The notes under the pieces were generated by a model. The model was not told the origin of the DNA, ran no database searches, and saw only the letters and a list, made by a program, of their open reading frames with translations. The translations under genes and the position numbers were made by a program. Positions 50,363-60,244 of a DNA stretch of 64,000 nucleotides are shown here, in pieces. The stretch's first letter is position 1, and every line of letters begins with the position of its first letter. Source of the stretch: Desulfosudaceae bacterium (GTDB taxonomy: Bacteria > Desulfobacterota > Desulfobacteria > Desulfobacterales > Desulfosudaceae); contig CAXXDV010000001.1 in assembly GCA_963674745.2 (NCBI GenBank), forward strand, positions 800,001-864,000. The letters run 5' to 3'.

Positions 50363-51919
50363 ATGTTTACCAAAACAATACGACTGTTGATCCTGGTGCT
50401 GCCGGCATGCTGTTTGTTGACATGCCCGATCGGCGCGCAGCACCCCGCGACACTGGCCATTATGCCACTGGCGGTTTACGCTGAACAGGACATGACCTAC
50501 CTTGCCAACGGCGCTACGGAAATGCTGGCGTCCCGCATTGCAGCCGGTTCCGGCATCGTCGTCATGGATACCGGTATGGTGAAGACCGCCCTTGCCGAAG
50601 CCGGACAGACACCGGATCAGGCCGCAATCCGGTCCATGGGCCGGTCGCTGAAGGCTGATTACGTCCTCTCCGGCAGCATTACCCGGCTGGGAGACCGGTT
50701 CAGCCTGGATATCACCGTTCTGCCGGTTGACAGGAATACCTCCACCGCCTCTTTTTTCCAACAGGCAGATAATATTGATGGTGTTATCCCGGCTGTCAAT
50801 ATCATAGCGGAAAAAATCAACCGGCAGATATTTGCCGTGGCACCTGAAGAACCGGTAACAAAAGCGGCTTCAGGGGTCCCCGCAATCGTCCCGGTTGCGG
50901 TGGCAAAACCACCAGACAGCAGCAAGGATTTTAAAAAAATCCTGGACCTGCCCGTTGAGGCCCGCGGCCTGGCCGCAGCCGATCTGGACGGCGACGGAAA
51001 AACAGAGATCGTTATCGTCTCTTCCTACGCCATTGACGTCCGGCGCATGGAAAAAGACCGGCTATCCAAAATAGCGGAATATCAGGCCGCCCCGAACCAG
51101 CGGCTTTTGACGGTGGATGCGGTGGATACCGACGCTGACGGGCGGGCGGAAATTTTTGTCACCGGCCTGAAAAACACCTCGCAGCGCCTCTGTTCTTTTG
51201 TGCTCGTGCTTTCCGAAAAAGGCCTTGAAACCGTCTCCCAAAAACTGAACTGGTATTTCCGGTCCCCGACCGCCGGCCTGCTGGCCGGTCAGAAGAAAGG
51301 ATTGTCGGAGCTCTTTTTGCCGCGCATCTGGCGCCTGGAAAAAACCGGTGCGGATTATATAGAGACCGAGCCAATAGCCGTTCCGGATCGGTTTTCTGTT
51401 TTCAGCTTTTGTCCCGGTGACGCGGATAACGATGGCGACACTGACATGGTCGTACTGGACAACGACGACAGACTCCGGCTTTATGACAACGAAAAAGAAC
51501 TGTTATGGAAAAGCAACGCCTATTTCGGCGGCAGTGAAACACGCCTGACCGATAAAAAAAATGCCGCCGACACTGAAAGCTGTGTGTATCTGCCGCAACG
51601 AATTATCGTTTCAGATATCAACCGGGACGGTCGCAACGAGGTGTTGACGGTATCCAATAGCGCCGTGGGCGGAAGGGTGTTTCAACACTTCCGCCGATAT
51701 TCCCGGGCGTCTTTTATCTGTCTTGCCTGGGACGGCCTGGGGTTGTCCGAATTATGGCAGACCAGTCCTGTTTCCGGTTATGTTGCCGATTTTGCCCTGG
51801 CGGACATTGACAATGACGGGGAAAATGAACTGGCCGCCCTGATTGTCAGTTCACGGGATTCGCTTTTATCCAAACCCAAGTCTGCTGTTATCGTCTATGA
51901 TATTAACGGACAGATCTGA
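50363..51919 (+). CDS. Secreted FG-GAP/VCBS repeat protein with CsgG/TolB-N-like N-domain
   Basis: Signal peptide; repeated DxDGDG motifs (ADLDGDGKTE, DINRDGRNE, DIDNDGENE). Confidence 0.8.
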   Translation: MFTKTIRLLILVLPACCLLTCPIGAQHPATLAIMPLAVYAEQDMTYLANGATEMLASRIAAGSGIVVMDTGMVKTALAEAGQTPDQAAIRSMGRSLKADYVLSGSITRLGDRFSLDITVLPVDRNTSTASFFQQADNIDGVIPAVNIIAEKINRQIFAVAPEEPVTKAASGVPAIVPVAVAKPPDSSKDFKKILDLPVEARGLAAADLDGDGKTEIVIVSSYAIDVRRMEKDRLSKIAEYQAAPNQRLLTVDAVDTDADGRAEIFVTGLKNTSQRLCSFVLVLSEKGLETVSQKLNWYFRSPTAGLLAGQKKGLSELFLPRIWRLEKTGADYIETEPIAVPDRFSVFSFCPGDADNDGDTDMVVLDNDDRLRLYDNEKELLWKSNAYFGGSETRLTDKKNAADTESCVYLPQRIIVSDINRDGRNEVLTVSNSAVGGRVFQHFRRYSRASFICLAWDGLGLSELWQTSPVSGYVADFALADIDNDGENELAALIVSSRDSLLSKPKSAVIVYDINGQI

Positions 51920-51963
51920 AAATTGCCTTTGGGCTTTTTGCAACACTCAGGATGCTGACTCAC

Positions 51964-52074
51964 GTAGGGGCACCCCCCTGTGGGTGCCCTTTACCGGGCA
52001 GGCACGGGGGCCTGCCCCTACATAATACATGAACATCCACCTCGAACCGTAGGGGCAACCCCCTGTGGTTGCCC
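51964..52074. repeat. REP-like doublet type B (51964-52021) plus a single REP (52049-52074)
   Basis: gtaggggcacccccctgtgggtgccc...gcctgcccctac; gtaggggcaaccccctgtggttgccc. Confidence 0.88.
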
Positions 52075-52162
52075 TTTCATCATAAATTTGTTGACTTTAA
52101 CATATGCTTCAGGATATTTTAGCTGGATGTTTTTAGTCCGACAGCAATTTTAAACGCTGTCA

Positions 52163-52212
52163 TACCTTGCTTTGAAATATAATTTTCAAGGCTTTATAAC
52201 CAAAAGGAGGTG
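52163..52212 (+). ncRNA. Putative S6:S18 ribosomal protein leader (cis-regulatory RNA)
   Basis: CCTT pairs with the AAGGAGG RBS; inner stem CTTTGAAA/TTTCAAGG; CC before the RBS; directly upstream of rpsF. Confidence 0.6.
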
Positions 52213-52215
52213 TAC

Positions 52216-52737
52216 ATGAGACATTACGAGACCGTCTTTATTGCGGATCCGGACATTCCCGCCGACGTTCAAACCGATCTTTTCGACAAAGCCAGGACAC
52301 TTATCAGCGATAATGCCGGTGAACTAATCGAGTTTGATGAGTGGGGCAACAAACGCCTGGCTTATGAAATCCGCAAAAAACAGCGGGGGCATTATATCCG
52401 TCTGGATTACTGCGGCAGTGGGGATACGGTCAGCACCCTGGAAAACGCTTTCCGGATTGACGAACGGGTTTTAAAATTCATGACCATCCTGCTGAACGAA
52501 GACGCCGACCCCGAGCAGTTAAAAGCAGCGGTCGAAGCCAGTCAGCAGGCATCGGAGACCACGGAAGAAAAGGCCAGTGACGGCCCCGCCGAGACAGCAA
52601 CCGAAACCGTTGCCGAGACGGCAACCGAAAGCGCGGCCGAAGCCGCCGAAACACCGGACCAGGCCGAGCCGACGGAAGAAAAAGCGGATTCAGACCCGGT
52701 TGACCCGGCCGAGAGCAAAGAGGAACCCCAGGCCTGA
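52216..52737 (+). CDS. rpsF: 30S ribosomal protein S6 with acidic C-terminal tail
   Basis: MRHYETVFI, WGNKRLAYEI; GGAGG RBS. Confidence 0.97.
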   Translation: MRHYETVFIADPDIPADVQTDLFDKARTLISDNAGELIEFDEWGNKRLAYEIRKKQRGHYIRLDYCGSGDTVSTLENAFRIDERVLKFMTILLNEDADPEQLKAAVEASQQASETTEEKASDGPAETATETVAETATESAAEAAETPDQAEPTEEKADSDPVDPAESKEEPQA

Positions 52738-52803
52738 TCGATGGGTGTCACCGCACCAGCACAAAAATCCGGTTAAACAACCATTTATATTGCAGGAGAA
52801 ATC

Positions 52804-53037
52804 ATGAGAAAAAAAGTATTCCACAGGCGAAAATACTGCCGCTTCTGCGCAGACAGCAGCCTTGTTATAAACTATAAAAACCCCAAGCCGCTTAAAGGCT
52901 TTCTGACGGAACGGGGTAAAATTATACCCAGACGTATTTCCGGAACATGCGCCAAACACCAGCGATACCTGGCGCGGGAAATCAAGCGGGCGCGAACGAT
53001 CGCACTGCTGCCCTATGTGGGTAACCCGAACGGTTAA
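52804..53037 (+). CDS. rpsR: 30S ribosomal protein S18 (Zn-binding C+ form)
   Basis: [26 protein letters not shown]. Confidence 0.97.
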   Translation: MRKKVFHRRKYCRFCADSSLVINYKNPKPLKGFLTERGKIIPRRISGTCAKHQRYLAREIKRARTIALLPYVGNPNG

Positions 53038-53096
53038 TGTCCGGCAGCTGCTTTAGCCCCTGTGGACAGAAAACGTTTAAAAAGGAGGCATTACCC

Positions 53097-54068
53097 GTGC
53101 CCCAGACCATGCCCAACCGCAGATCCAGAGACATCATCAACGGGGTGGCCATTTCCAGCCTTATTTTTCTGGTTTCCGGCTGGCTCCCTGTTCTCGGTTT
53201 TCTGGGGCTGCTGAGCCTGCCCCTGCCGATTTTTTATTACCGGGCCAAGCTGGGCAGGGCAAACGGTCTGATCATACTGGCCGCCGTATTTGCCATCATA
53301 GCAGCAGTTATCGGTGAATTTTCACCGGACTTGATGTTTATCGTCGGTATGCTGATGACGGGGTTTGTATTGTGCGAACTGGTGGAAAAAAACATGAGCG
53401 TGGAACGGACCGTGCTTTTCACCGGCGGTCTGGTGTTCTTTTTCGGCGCGCTGAGTCTTATTATATACAGCAACATGGCCGGCATCCAGCTGGGCACGCT
53501 GCTGTCCGCGTATGTCAAAAAGAACCTGGTACTTTCCCTGCAACTGTATCAAGAAGTGGGGATGCCGGCGGAAAAAGTTCAGTTGATTTCCGAATCCCTG
53601 GACATTATACAGTATTATCTGATTCGAATTTTGCCGGCGCTTTGCGGGGCCTTTCTGCTGATTGTCACCTGGATTACGCTGCTGGGGGCCCGACTGATGC
53701 TGACCAGAAAAGGTGTCGGGTTTCCCGATTTCGGAAGACTGAACACCTGGCAGGCTCCGGAAATAATGGTCTGGGGTGTTATCGGCGGCGGTTGTCTCCT
53801 GTTGCTGCCGTCCACACCGGCCAAACTGATTGCCTTGAATGTGCTGATTCTGCTGTTGACGATTTATTTTTTTCACGGCATTGCCATTATTTCTTTCTTT
53901 TTTGAAAAAAAAGGATTGCCCAGGGCTTTGCGATTTTTGATCTACAGCATGATCGCCATGTGGAACCTGTTGCTGGTGTTTGTGGTTGGCCTGGGTTTTT
54001 TTGATACGTGGGCCGATTTCAGACGATTGAAACAACCAGAGACGCCTGACGGTGATCTGGAAGAATGA
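53097..54068 (+). CDS. YybS/DUF2232 family membrane protein
   Basis: Multi-TM, C-terminal GFFDTWADFR; typical rpsR-rplI context. Confidence 0.85.
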   Translation: MPQTMPNRRSRDIINGVAISSLIFLVSGWLPVLGFLGLLSLPLPIFYYRAKLGRANGLIILAAVFAIIAAVIGEFSPDLMFIVGMLMTGFVLCELVEKNMSVERTVLFTGGLVFFFGALSLIIYSNMAGIQLGTLLSAYVKKNLVLSLQLYQEVGMPAEKVQLISESLDIIQYYLIRILPALCGAFLLIVTWITLLGARLMLTRKGVGFPDFGRLNTWQAPEIMVWGVIGGGCLLLLPSTPAKLIALNVLILLLTIYFFHGIAIISFFFEKKGLPRALRFLIYSMIAMWNLLLVFVVGLGFFDTWADFRRLKQPETPDGDLEE

Positions 54069-54084
54069 TGATGGAGGTTATAAT

Positions 54085-54534
54085 ATGCAAGTAATTCTCA
54101 AAGAAACAATTGACACGCTGGGCATGGCCGGTACGGAAGTCAAAGTCGCCGACGGATACGCCCGCAACTATCTTTTCCCCAAAAACAAAGCGGTCGCCGC
54201 CACACCGGCCAACCGTAAAATCATGGAGCAGAACCGGCAGAAGATCGATCTTCAGATCGCCAAGGAAAAAGAGATCGCCAACCAGGCGGCCGAACGGCTG
54301 ACCGGTGTCGTCTGCCGGATAACCGCCAAGGCCCGGGCCGAAGGACGGCTCTACGGCTCCGTGTTACCGGGGGATATTGTCACCGCGCTGAGCGAGCAGG
54401 ACATAGAAGTGTCAAAACGGATGGTTATTCTCAAGGAGCCCATCAAAGAACTCGGGACTTACATGGTCGCCATCAACCTTTACAAGGATATTCATCCTGA
54501 AATCACGGTTGAGGTTGTTCCAGAAGAAGAATAA
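54085..54534 (+). CDS. rplI: 50S ribosomal protein L9
   Basis: MQVIL, GYARNYLFP, LYGSV, PIKELG. Confidence 0.97.
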   Translation: MQVILKETIDTLGMAGTEVKVADGYARNYLFPKNKAVAATPANRKIMEQNRQKIDLQIAKEKEIANQAAERLTGVVCRITAKARAEGRLYGSVLPGDIVTALSEQDIEVSKRMVILKEPIKELGTYMVAINLYKDIHPEITVEVVPEEE

Positions 54535-54628
54535 TCTGATTTTTGACCAAAACCATTGCCCACATTCCGGTTAATCCGGGGTAAAGCGCGTGGTTCCAGG
54601 CATCCGGTTCAAAAGTGGTTGTTTAAAA

Positions 54629-56023
54629 ATGGCAAACGCACAAAAAAGCAAGTCCGGTTCGTCGAAAACGGCGGACCCCTGGCTCCATAAACTGCCGCCT
54701 CAGAATCTTGAAGCCGAGGAATCCGTTTTAAGCTCTATCCTGATTGATACGGATACCAACGCTCTGGATGACACAATTGAACTTCTGGTGCCGGAAGACT
54801 TTTATAAAACCGCGCATCAGAAAGTTTTCGCCGCCGTGCAGAGCCTGGCCGCAAAGAATGAGCCGGTTGACCTGATCACGGTTAAAAATCATTTGCTGGG
54901 AACCGGCCAACTGGAAGAAATCGGCGGCGCGTCCTTTCTGGCGGAACTGGTTGAGTCGGTGCCCTACGCCATCAACGTCCGTCATTATGCCACTATTATC
55001 AAAGATAAAGCGGTATTGCGCCGACTGATCGTAAACGCCGGCGAGATCGCCCGCAGGTGTTTTGAAAACCCGCCTGACGCCAAAAACGTTATCGACTTTG
55101 CCGAGCAGTCGGTTTTCGAGGTTGCCGAAGAAAAAACGACCCAGTTTTTTACGCAGCTGAATGAAATCATCGTAGAAAACATGGTCACCATTCAGGCCAA
55201 CCAGGGCAAATGGATCACCGGCGTGGCCAGCGGGTTTGATCGCCTGGACAACATGACGTCCGGTTTTCAGAAATCCGACCTGATCATCCTTGCCGCCCGG
55301 CCCAGTATGGGAAAAACAGCTTTTGCCTTGAATATTACCCGGAATGTGGCTGTTAACTACAAGGTGCCGGTAGCCTTTTTCTCCCTGGAAATGTCCAAAG
55401 AGCAATTGTCCATGCGTCTGCTGACATCCGAAGCCCGGGTCAACGCGTTTCACTTGAGAAGCGGACATATCAGCCGGGAGAATTGGGACAAAATTACCGA
55501 TGCGGCCAGCCTGCTCGATGAAGTACCGATCTATATTGATGACTCAGCCGGCCTGACGGTAATGGATATCAGGGCCAAAGCGCGCCGCATGAAAAAAGAC
55601 AAAGGCATCGGCCTGATTGTCATCGATTACCTTCAACTGATGCGGCCGACACGGGCCGGAGAACGGCGGGACCTGGAAGTTTCAGAAATGTCGCGCTCAT
55701 TAAAAGCACTGGCCAAAGAGCTTGACGTTCCCATTATCGTTCTGTCCCAGCTCAACCGGGCGCCGGAACAGAGCCATGACAAGCGCCCCATGCTTTCCCA
55801 TCTTCGCGAATCCGGCTCCCTGGAGCAGGATGCCGACGTGGTGCTGTTCATCTTCCGGGATGAAGTCTACAACAAAAATGAAGACAACACCAACCGGGGT
55901 ATCGCTGAAATCATTATCGGCAAACAGCGTAACGGCCCTATCGGGAAAGTGATGTTACAGTTCGAATCATCCTATACGCGATTTCAGAACCTGGCCACTG
56001 ATCAATACCCGGAAGAAACCTGA
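54629..56023 (+). CDS. dnaB: Replicative DNA helicase DnaB (no intein)
   Basis: AARPSMGKT, FSLEM, IDYLQL, LRESGSLEQDAD, KQRNGP. Confidence 0.97.
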   Translation: MANAQKSKSGSSKTADPWLHKLPPQNLEAEESVLSSILIDTDTNALDDTIELLVPEDFYKTAHQKVFAAVQSLAAKNEPVDLITVKNHLLGTGQLEEIGGASFLAELVESVPYAINVRHYATIIKDKAVLRRLIVNAGEIARRCFENPPDAKNVIDFAEQSVFEVAEEKTTQFFTQLNEIIVENMVTIQANQGKWITGVASGFDRLDNMTSGFQKSDLIILAARPSMGKTAFALNITRNVAVNYKVPVAFFSLEMSKEQLSMRLLTSEARVNAFHLRSGHISRENWDKITDAASLLDEVPIYIDDSAGLTVMDIRAKARRMKKDKGIGLIVIDYLQLMRPTRAGERRDLEVSEMSRSLKALAKELDVPIIVLSQLNRAPEQSHDKRPMLSHLRESGSLEQDADVVLFIFRDEVYNKNEDNTNRGIAEIIIGKQRNGPIGKVMLQFESSYTRFQNLATDQYPEET

Positions 56024-56043
56024 CCTGGATAGCTTAAACATCG

Positions 56044-57699
56044 ATGAAAAACAAGCTTGAAGGCAACATCTCCGGTCTCAAGGCCAATCAGACCCAACGT
56101 CTGAACAATCTTTTCCGGCGAAAAATCCCCTCGCAGTTTATTGTCACGCCCGAGCTTTCCCGGGAACTGATCGAGCTGTCCCTGGAGATCAAACGACAGA
56201 TCGGCCTGCTGGTGGACCGGCACGGCCGGGTGGTCGACGTCCTGGTCGGTGATCATAACAGTATCGTCATTCCCGATATCAGCCATTATCGAACCGCCCC
56301 CGGCCGTTTGCGGGGCATCAAATGCATCCATACCCATCCCGGTGGTGAACCGCTGACACGAGACGACCTGACGGACCTGGCGCTGTTGCGGCTGGATATG
56401 ATGGCGGTCATTGTCAGGGCGGAAAAACACGGCCTGTTCCAGGTTCATGCGGCGCACCTGCTTCCGGGTGAAACCACCGGAGAACCGTATAAGATACTGG
56501 ACCCGCTGCCGGCTGAAAGCCTGGATATCGACTGCGACAAACTGATCGCCGCCATTGAAGAGGAACTCCGCCAGTCCGTTCCGCTGCGTAAAGCCCAAAC
56601 AAAAAAAGAAAGGGCCATCCTGGTCAGCGTCACCACCGAACCCAGAAAAAAAGCCGAAGAATCTTTAAAAGAACTGACGGCACTGGCGGTCTCCGCCGGG
56701 CTTGATGTTGTCGCTACGGTCCTGCAGCAGAAAAAAACCGTTGATACCCGGTTCCTCATGGGACGGGGCAAGCTGAGCGAAATTGTCGTTCTGGCCCTTC
56801 AGCAGTCCGTTAACCTGCTGGTTTTCGACCAGGAGTTGAACCCTTCCCAGATTCGCTCCATCGCCGACCAGGTGGAACTTAACGTCATTGACAGAACCCA
56901 GCTGATTCTGGACATTTTCGCCCGCCGGGCCCGGTCGCGGGAGGGCAAATTACAGGTGGAGCATGCTCAGTTAAAATATCTGCTGCCGCGGCTGGCCACC
57001 AAAAATACGGCCATGTCCCGGCTGACCGGCGGTATCGGCGGCCGTGGTCCCGGAGAAACAAAACTGGAGATCAACCGCAGGCGGGTGCGTGAAAAGATTG
57101 CCCGCCTGGAAAAGGATCTGGCGGCCATATCCGGTCAGCGCCGGCAGCAAAGGACACTGAGGGGCAAGCGCGGCGTTCCGGTGGTATCGATTATCGGTTA
57201 CACCAACGCCGGCAAATCGACCCTGCTCAACACCCTTACCAGAAGCGATGTGGCGGCGGAAAACCGCCTTTTCATGACCCTCGACCCCTCCAGCCGCCGT
57301 TTGAAATTTCCAAGGGATATCGAAGTGATCATCACCGATACGGTGGGGTTTATCAGAAACCTGCCCAAAGAATTGATGGTGGCTTTCCGGGCCACACTCG
57401 AAGAACTGGAACAGGCCGACCTGTTCATACATGTCGTTGATATCAGTAACGAACAGCACAAACAGCAGATCAAAGCCGTAGACAAGATTCTGACCGAACT
57501 GTCGCTTGAGGATATCCCGGTGGTGTACGCCTTAAACAAACAGGACCGGGTAGATGCAGAGACCGCCCAACGCATTGCCGAGGCCATCGGCGGTATCACC
57601 ATTTCAGCCAACGATCAGACCACCCTGATGCCGTTTATCGAGGAAGTACAGGCACGTGTCGAACAGATTGCACGGACGAATGCCGTCCATAACCCGTAA
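56044..57699 (+). CDS. hflX: GTPase HflX, long form with N-terminal extension
   Basis: [35 protein letters not shown]. Confidence 0.95.
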   Translation: MKNKLEGNISGLKANQTQRLNNLFRRKIPSQFIVTPELSRELIELSLEIKRQIGLLVDRHGRVVDVLVGDHNSIVIPDISHYRTAPGRLRGIKCIHTHPGGEPLTRDDLTDLALLRLDMMAVIVRAEKHGLFQVHAAHLLPGETTGEPYKILDPLPAESLDIDCDKLIAAIEEELRQSVPLRKAQTKKERAILVSVTTEPRKKAEESLKELTALAVSAGLDVVATVLQQKKTVDTRFLMGRGKLSEIVVLALQQSVNLLVFDQELNPSQIRSIADQVELNVIDRTQLILDIFARRARSREGKLQVEHAQLKYLLPRLATKNTAMSRLTGGIGGRGPGETKLEINRRRVREKIARLEKDLAAISGQRRQQRTLRGKRGVPVVSIIGYTNAGKSTLLNTLTRSDVAAENRLFMTLDPSSRRLKFPRDIEVIITDTVGFIRNLPKELMVAFRATLEELEQADLFIHVVDISNEQHKQQIKAVDKILTELSLEDIPVVYALNKQDRVDAETAQRIAEAIGGITISANDQTTLMPFIEEVQARVEQIARTNAVHNP

Positions 57700-57820
57700 C
57701 CCGGATATGTCATCACCGATGAAACATCCGGAAATAAAACCGGAAAACCGCTTTATTGCCAATGACCGGGGATGTTTTATCGGTTGACAGAACGGGCCGG
57801 GAATGTCATTATAACATAAT

Positions 57821-58603
57821 ATGTCATTAGATCTTGAGTATGTGAAACGAGTGGGGATCGGGGCCGCCTGTAAAGGTGCCGCGGTACTCCGGTCCTATTT
57901 CAACCAGTCGTTTGAAATAAATCGAAAAGGAGAAAAGGATCTCGTCACCTCGGCCGACATTGCTTCCGAGGCCGCCATCATCGACGTGATCAACTACCGC
58001 TTCCCGGGTCACGCCATCCTGGCCGAAGAAAGTGGACAGACAGACGGTACCGGTGGATTAAAATGGATTATTGACCCTTTGGACGGAACCACCAACTTCG
58101 CCCATGGCATCGGTCAATATGCCGTTTCCATCGCCTTTGCCGTTGATGATGAAGTAGCGGCCGGCGTTGTTTTAAACCCGGAAACCGGCGAGCTTTTCAC
58201 GGCGGTCCGGGATAAGGCCGCGGAATTAAACGGCCGTCCCATCCGGGTCTCGGAAACAAAAACGGTAGCAGATGCTTTGCTGGTGACGGGTTTCCCCTAT
58301 GACTATAAAGACCATATGCGGTCTCTGGTGGGGCGTTTTGAAAAATGCCTGGCCGCGGCCCAGGGCATCCGGAGGCTGGGATCTGCCGCCCTGGATCTGT
58401 GTTATGTCGCCTGCGGCCGGTTTGACGGATTCTGGGAAGAGCGTTTAAAACCATGGGACACGGCGGCCGGCATGCTGATCGCACGCCAGGCCGGAGCGAA
58501 AGTAACGGATTTTTCAGGCCGCCCGTTTTCACCTGAAAAACAGGAATTACTGGCAACCAACAACGTCATTCATGATGCCATGCTGACGTTTTTAAAAGAA
58601 TAA
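57821..58603 (+). CDS. suhB: Inositol monophosphatase family protein
   Basis: WIIDPLDGTTNF, RRLGSAALD, WDTAAG. Confidence 0.9.
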   Translation: MSLDLEYVKRVGIGAACKGAAVLRSYFNQSFEINRKGEKDLVTSADIASEAAIIDVINYRFPGHAILAEESGQTDGTGGLKWIIDPLDGTTNFAHGIGQYAVSIAFAVDDEVAAGVVLNPETGELFTAVRDKAAELNGRPIRVSETKTVADALLVTGFPYDYKDHMRSLVGRFEKCLAAAQGIRRLGSAALDLCYVACGRFDGFWEERLKPWDTAAGMLIARQAGAKVTDFSGRPFSPEKQELLATNNVIHDAMLTFLKE

Positions 58604-58613
58604 GAGGTTACCG

Positions 58614-58811
58614 ATGAGTAACACGACAGGCACAGGAAACAAAAAAGACGAACTGGGATGTGTCGGGCGGTTTGACCCCCATGACACATTCTGTTACCGG
58701 GAATGCCCCTTATCGGTGCGCTGTGTCATTGAACGCAACCGCAAGGACCGCCTGGAACAATTCATGGATTTTCTGGAACTGGAAGATATCGGGCCGGTCG
58801 ATTTACAATAA
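58614..58811 (+). CDS. Small Cys-rich hypothetical protein
   Basis: GAGG RBS; four Cys in C-x10-C-x3-C-x5-C. Confidence 0.65.
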   Translation: MSNTTGTGNKKDELGCVGRFDPHDTFCYRECPLSVRCVIERNRKDRLEQFMDFLELEDIGPVDLQ

Positions 58812-58817
58812 AAAGTT

Positions 58818-60206
58818 CTAATCTTTTTCCGGGAATATCTTGCCGGGATTCAGAATATTGTGCGGGTCAAAAACCGCTTTGATGTTTTTCATCAAGGCCA
58901 TTTCCACCGGCCCGATTTCTTTGGCCATATAAGCTGATTTGGAAGTACCCACGCCGTGTTCACCCGACAGGGTGCCGCCCAGGCGGATGGTATAATCAAA
59001 CAGCTCCTCGACCGCCTTCTCGGCCTTCTGCAGTTGCGCCCCGTCCTTCTTGTCGAGCATGATATTGACATGAATATTACCGTCACCGGCATGCCCGAAA
59101 CTGGCCGTGACCAGCCCGGTCTCGTTCCCGATCTGCCGGATCTTTTCAACCATGTCCGGGATGCGGTTTCTGGGCACCACAATGTCTTCATTGATTTTAT
59201 CCGGGCCGAATGCATAGAGCGCCGGAGAAATGGCTTTTCTGGCCCGCCAGAGCCGTTCTGCGGCCTCTTTGTCCTCCGCCCTGACAATATCAATGGCCCC
59301 CTTTTCGGTGCAGACCTGTTCCAGCCTGGCCAGCGCTTCGGTGTTTTCGGCCGGCGAACCGTCCACCTCAAGCAGCAGCATGGCGGCGGCACCGGCAGGT
59401 GGGCTGGATTCCAGTGTATTTTCAACACAGCGAATGGAATTATTATCCATGAATTCGATGGTCCTGGGAATGATACCCTTTTTGATCACCAGCGACACGG
59501 TTTCGGCCGCTGCCCGCATGTCGCTGAACACCGCCGTCATGGTTCGGACTTCTTCCGGCAGGGGCAGCAGCCGCAGCGTCATTTCGACAATAATCCCCAG
59601 TGTGCCTTCAGAGCCCGTAATCAGGCGTGTCAGGTCATAACCGACCACGCCTTTGGCGGTCGCCACCCCGGTTTGAATGATGTCACCCGAGGGCAGCACG
59701 ACCGTCAGCCCCAGCACGTAGTCCCGGGTAACGCCGTATTTGACGGCACGCGGGCCACCGGCACATTCGGCGACATTCCCGCCCAGGGTGGAAAACGCCG
59801 AGCTGGCCGGATCCGGTGGATAAAAAAGGCCGACTTTCTCGACGGCCGCATGGAAATCGCCGGTGATAACGCCCGGTTCGACCCGGGCCACCAGATTATC
59901 CCGGTCTATCGCCATAATCCGGTTCAACCGGCTGGTAACCAGGACCACTCCGCCGTTTACGGCCAGGGCACCGCCGGTCATGCCGGAGCCTGAACCGCGC
60001 GGTACAACGACGAATCTTTCTTTGGAAGCCAGTTTGAGGATTTCTGATATTTCGCTTTTGTCCCCCGGGAAAACAACGGCATCCGGGAGAAACTTTTGCG
60101 CGGTGGCGTCATAGGCATAACAGACCAGATCTTCTTTTTTTTGCGTGCAGTGGGCTTTTCCGGTGATCTGCCGCAATTTCTTAAAGGCCCTGGAAGATAA
60201 CGTCAT
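58818..60206 (-). CDS. FAD-linked oxidase, GlcD/D-lactate dehydrogenase family
   Basis: PPDPAS, GSEGTLG, GHAGDGNIH, GEHGVG, LNPGK. Confidence 0.92.
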   Translation of the reverse strand: MTLSSRAFKKLRQITGKAHCTQKKEDLVCYAYDATAQKFLPDAVVFPGDKSEISEILKLASKERFVVVPRGSGSGMTGGALAVNGGVVLVTSRLNRIMAIDRDNLVARVEPGVITGDFHAAVEKVGLFYPPDPASSAFSTLGGNVAECAGGPRAVKYGVTRDYVLGLTVVLPSGDIIQTGVATAKGVVGYDLTRLITGSEGTLGIIVEMTLRLLPLPEEVRTMTAVFSDMRAAAETVSLVIKKGIIPRTIEFMDNNSIRCVENTLESSPPAGAAAMLLLEVDGSPAENTEALARLEQVCTEKGAIDIVRAEDKEAAERLWRARKAISPALYAFGPDKINEDIVVPRNRIPDMVEKIRQIGNETGLVTASFGHAGDGNIHVNIMLDKKDGAQLQKAEKAVEELFDYTIRLGGTLSGEHGVGTSKSAYMAKEIGPVEMALMKNIKAVFDPHNILNPGKIFPEKD

Positions 60207-60244
60207 GGTGCCTTCATCTCTTTGATTGTTATGCCGGGCAACCT

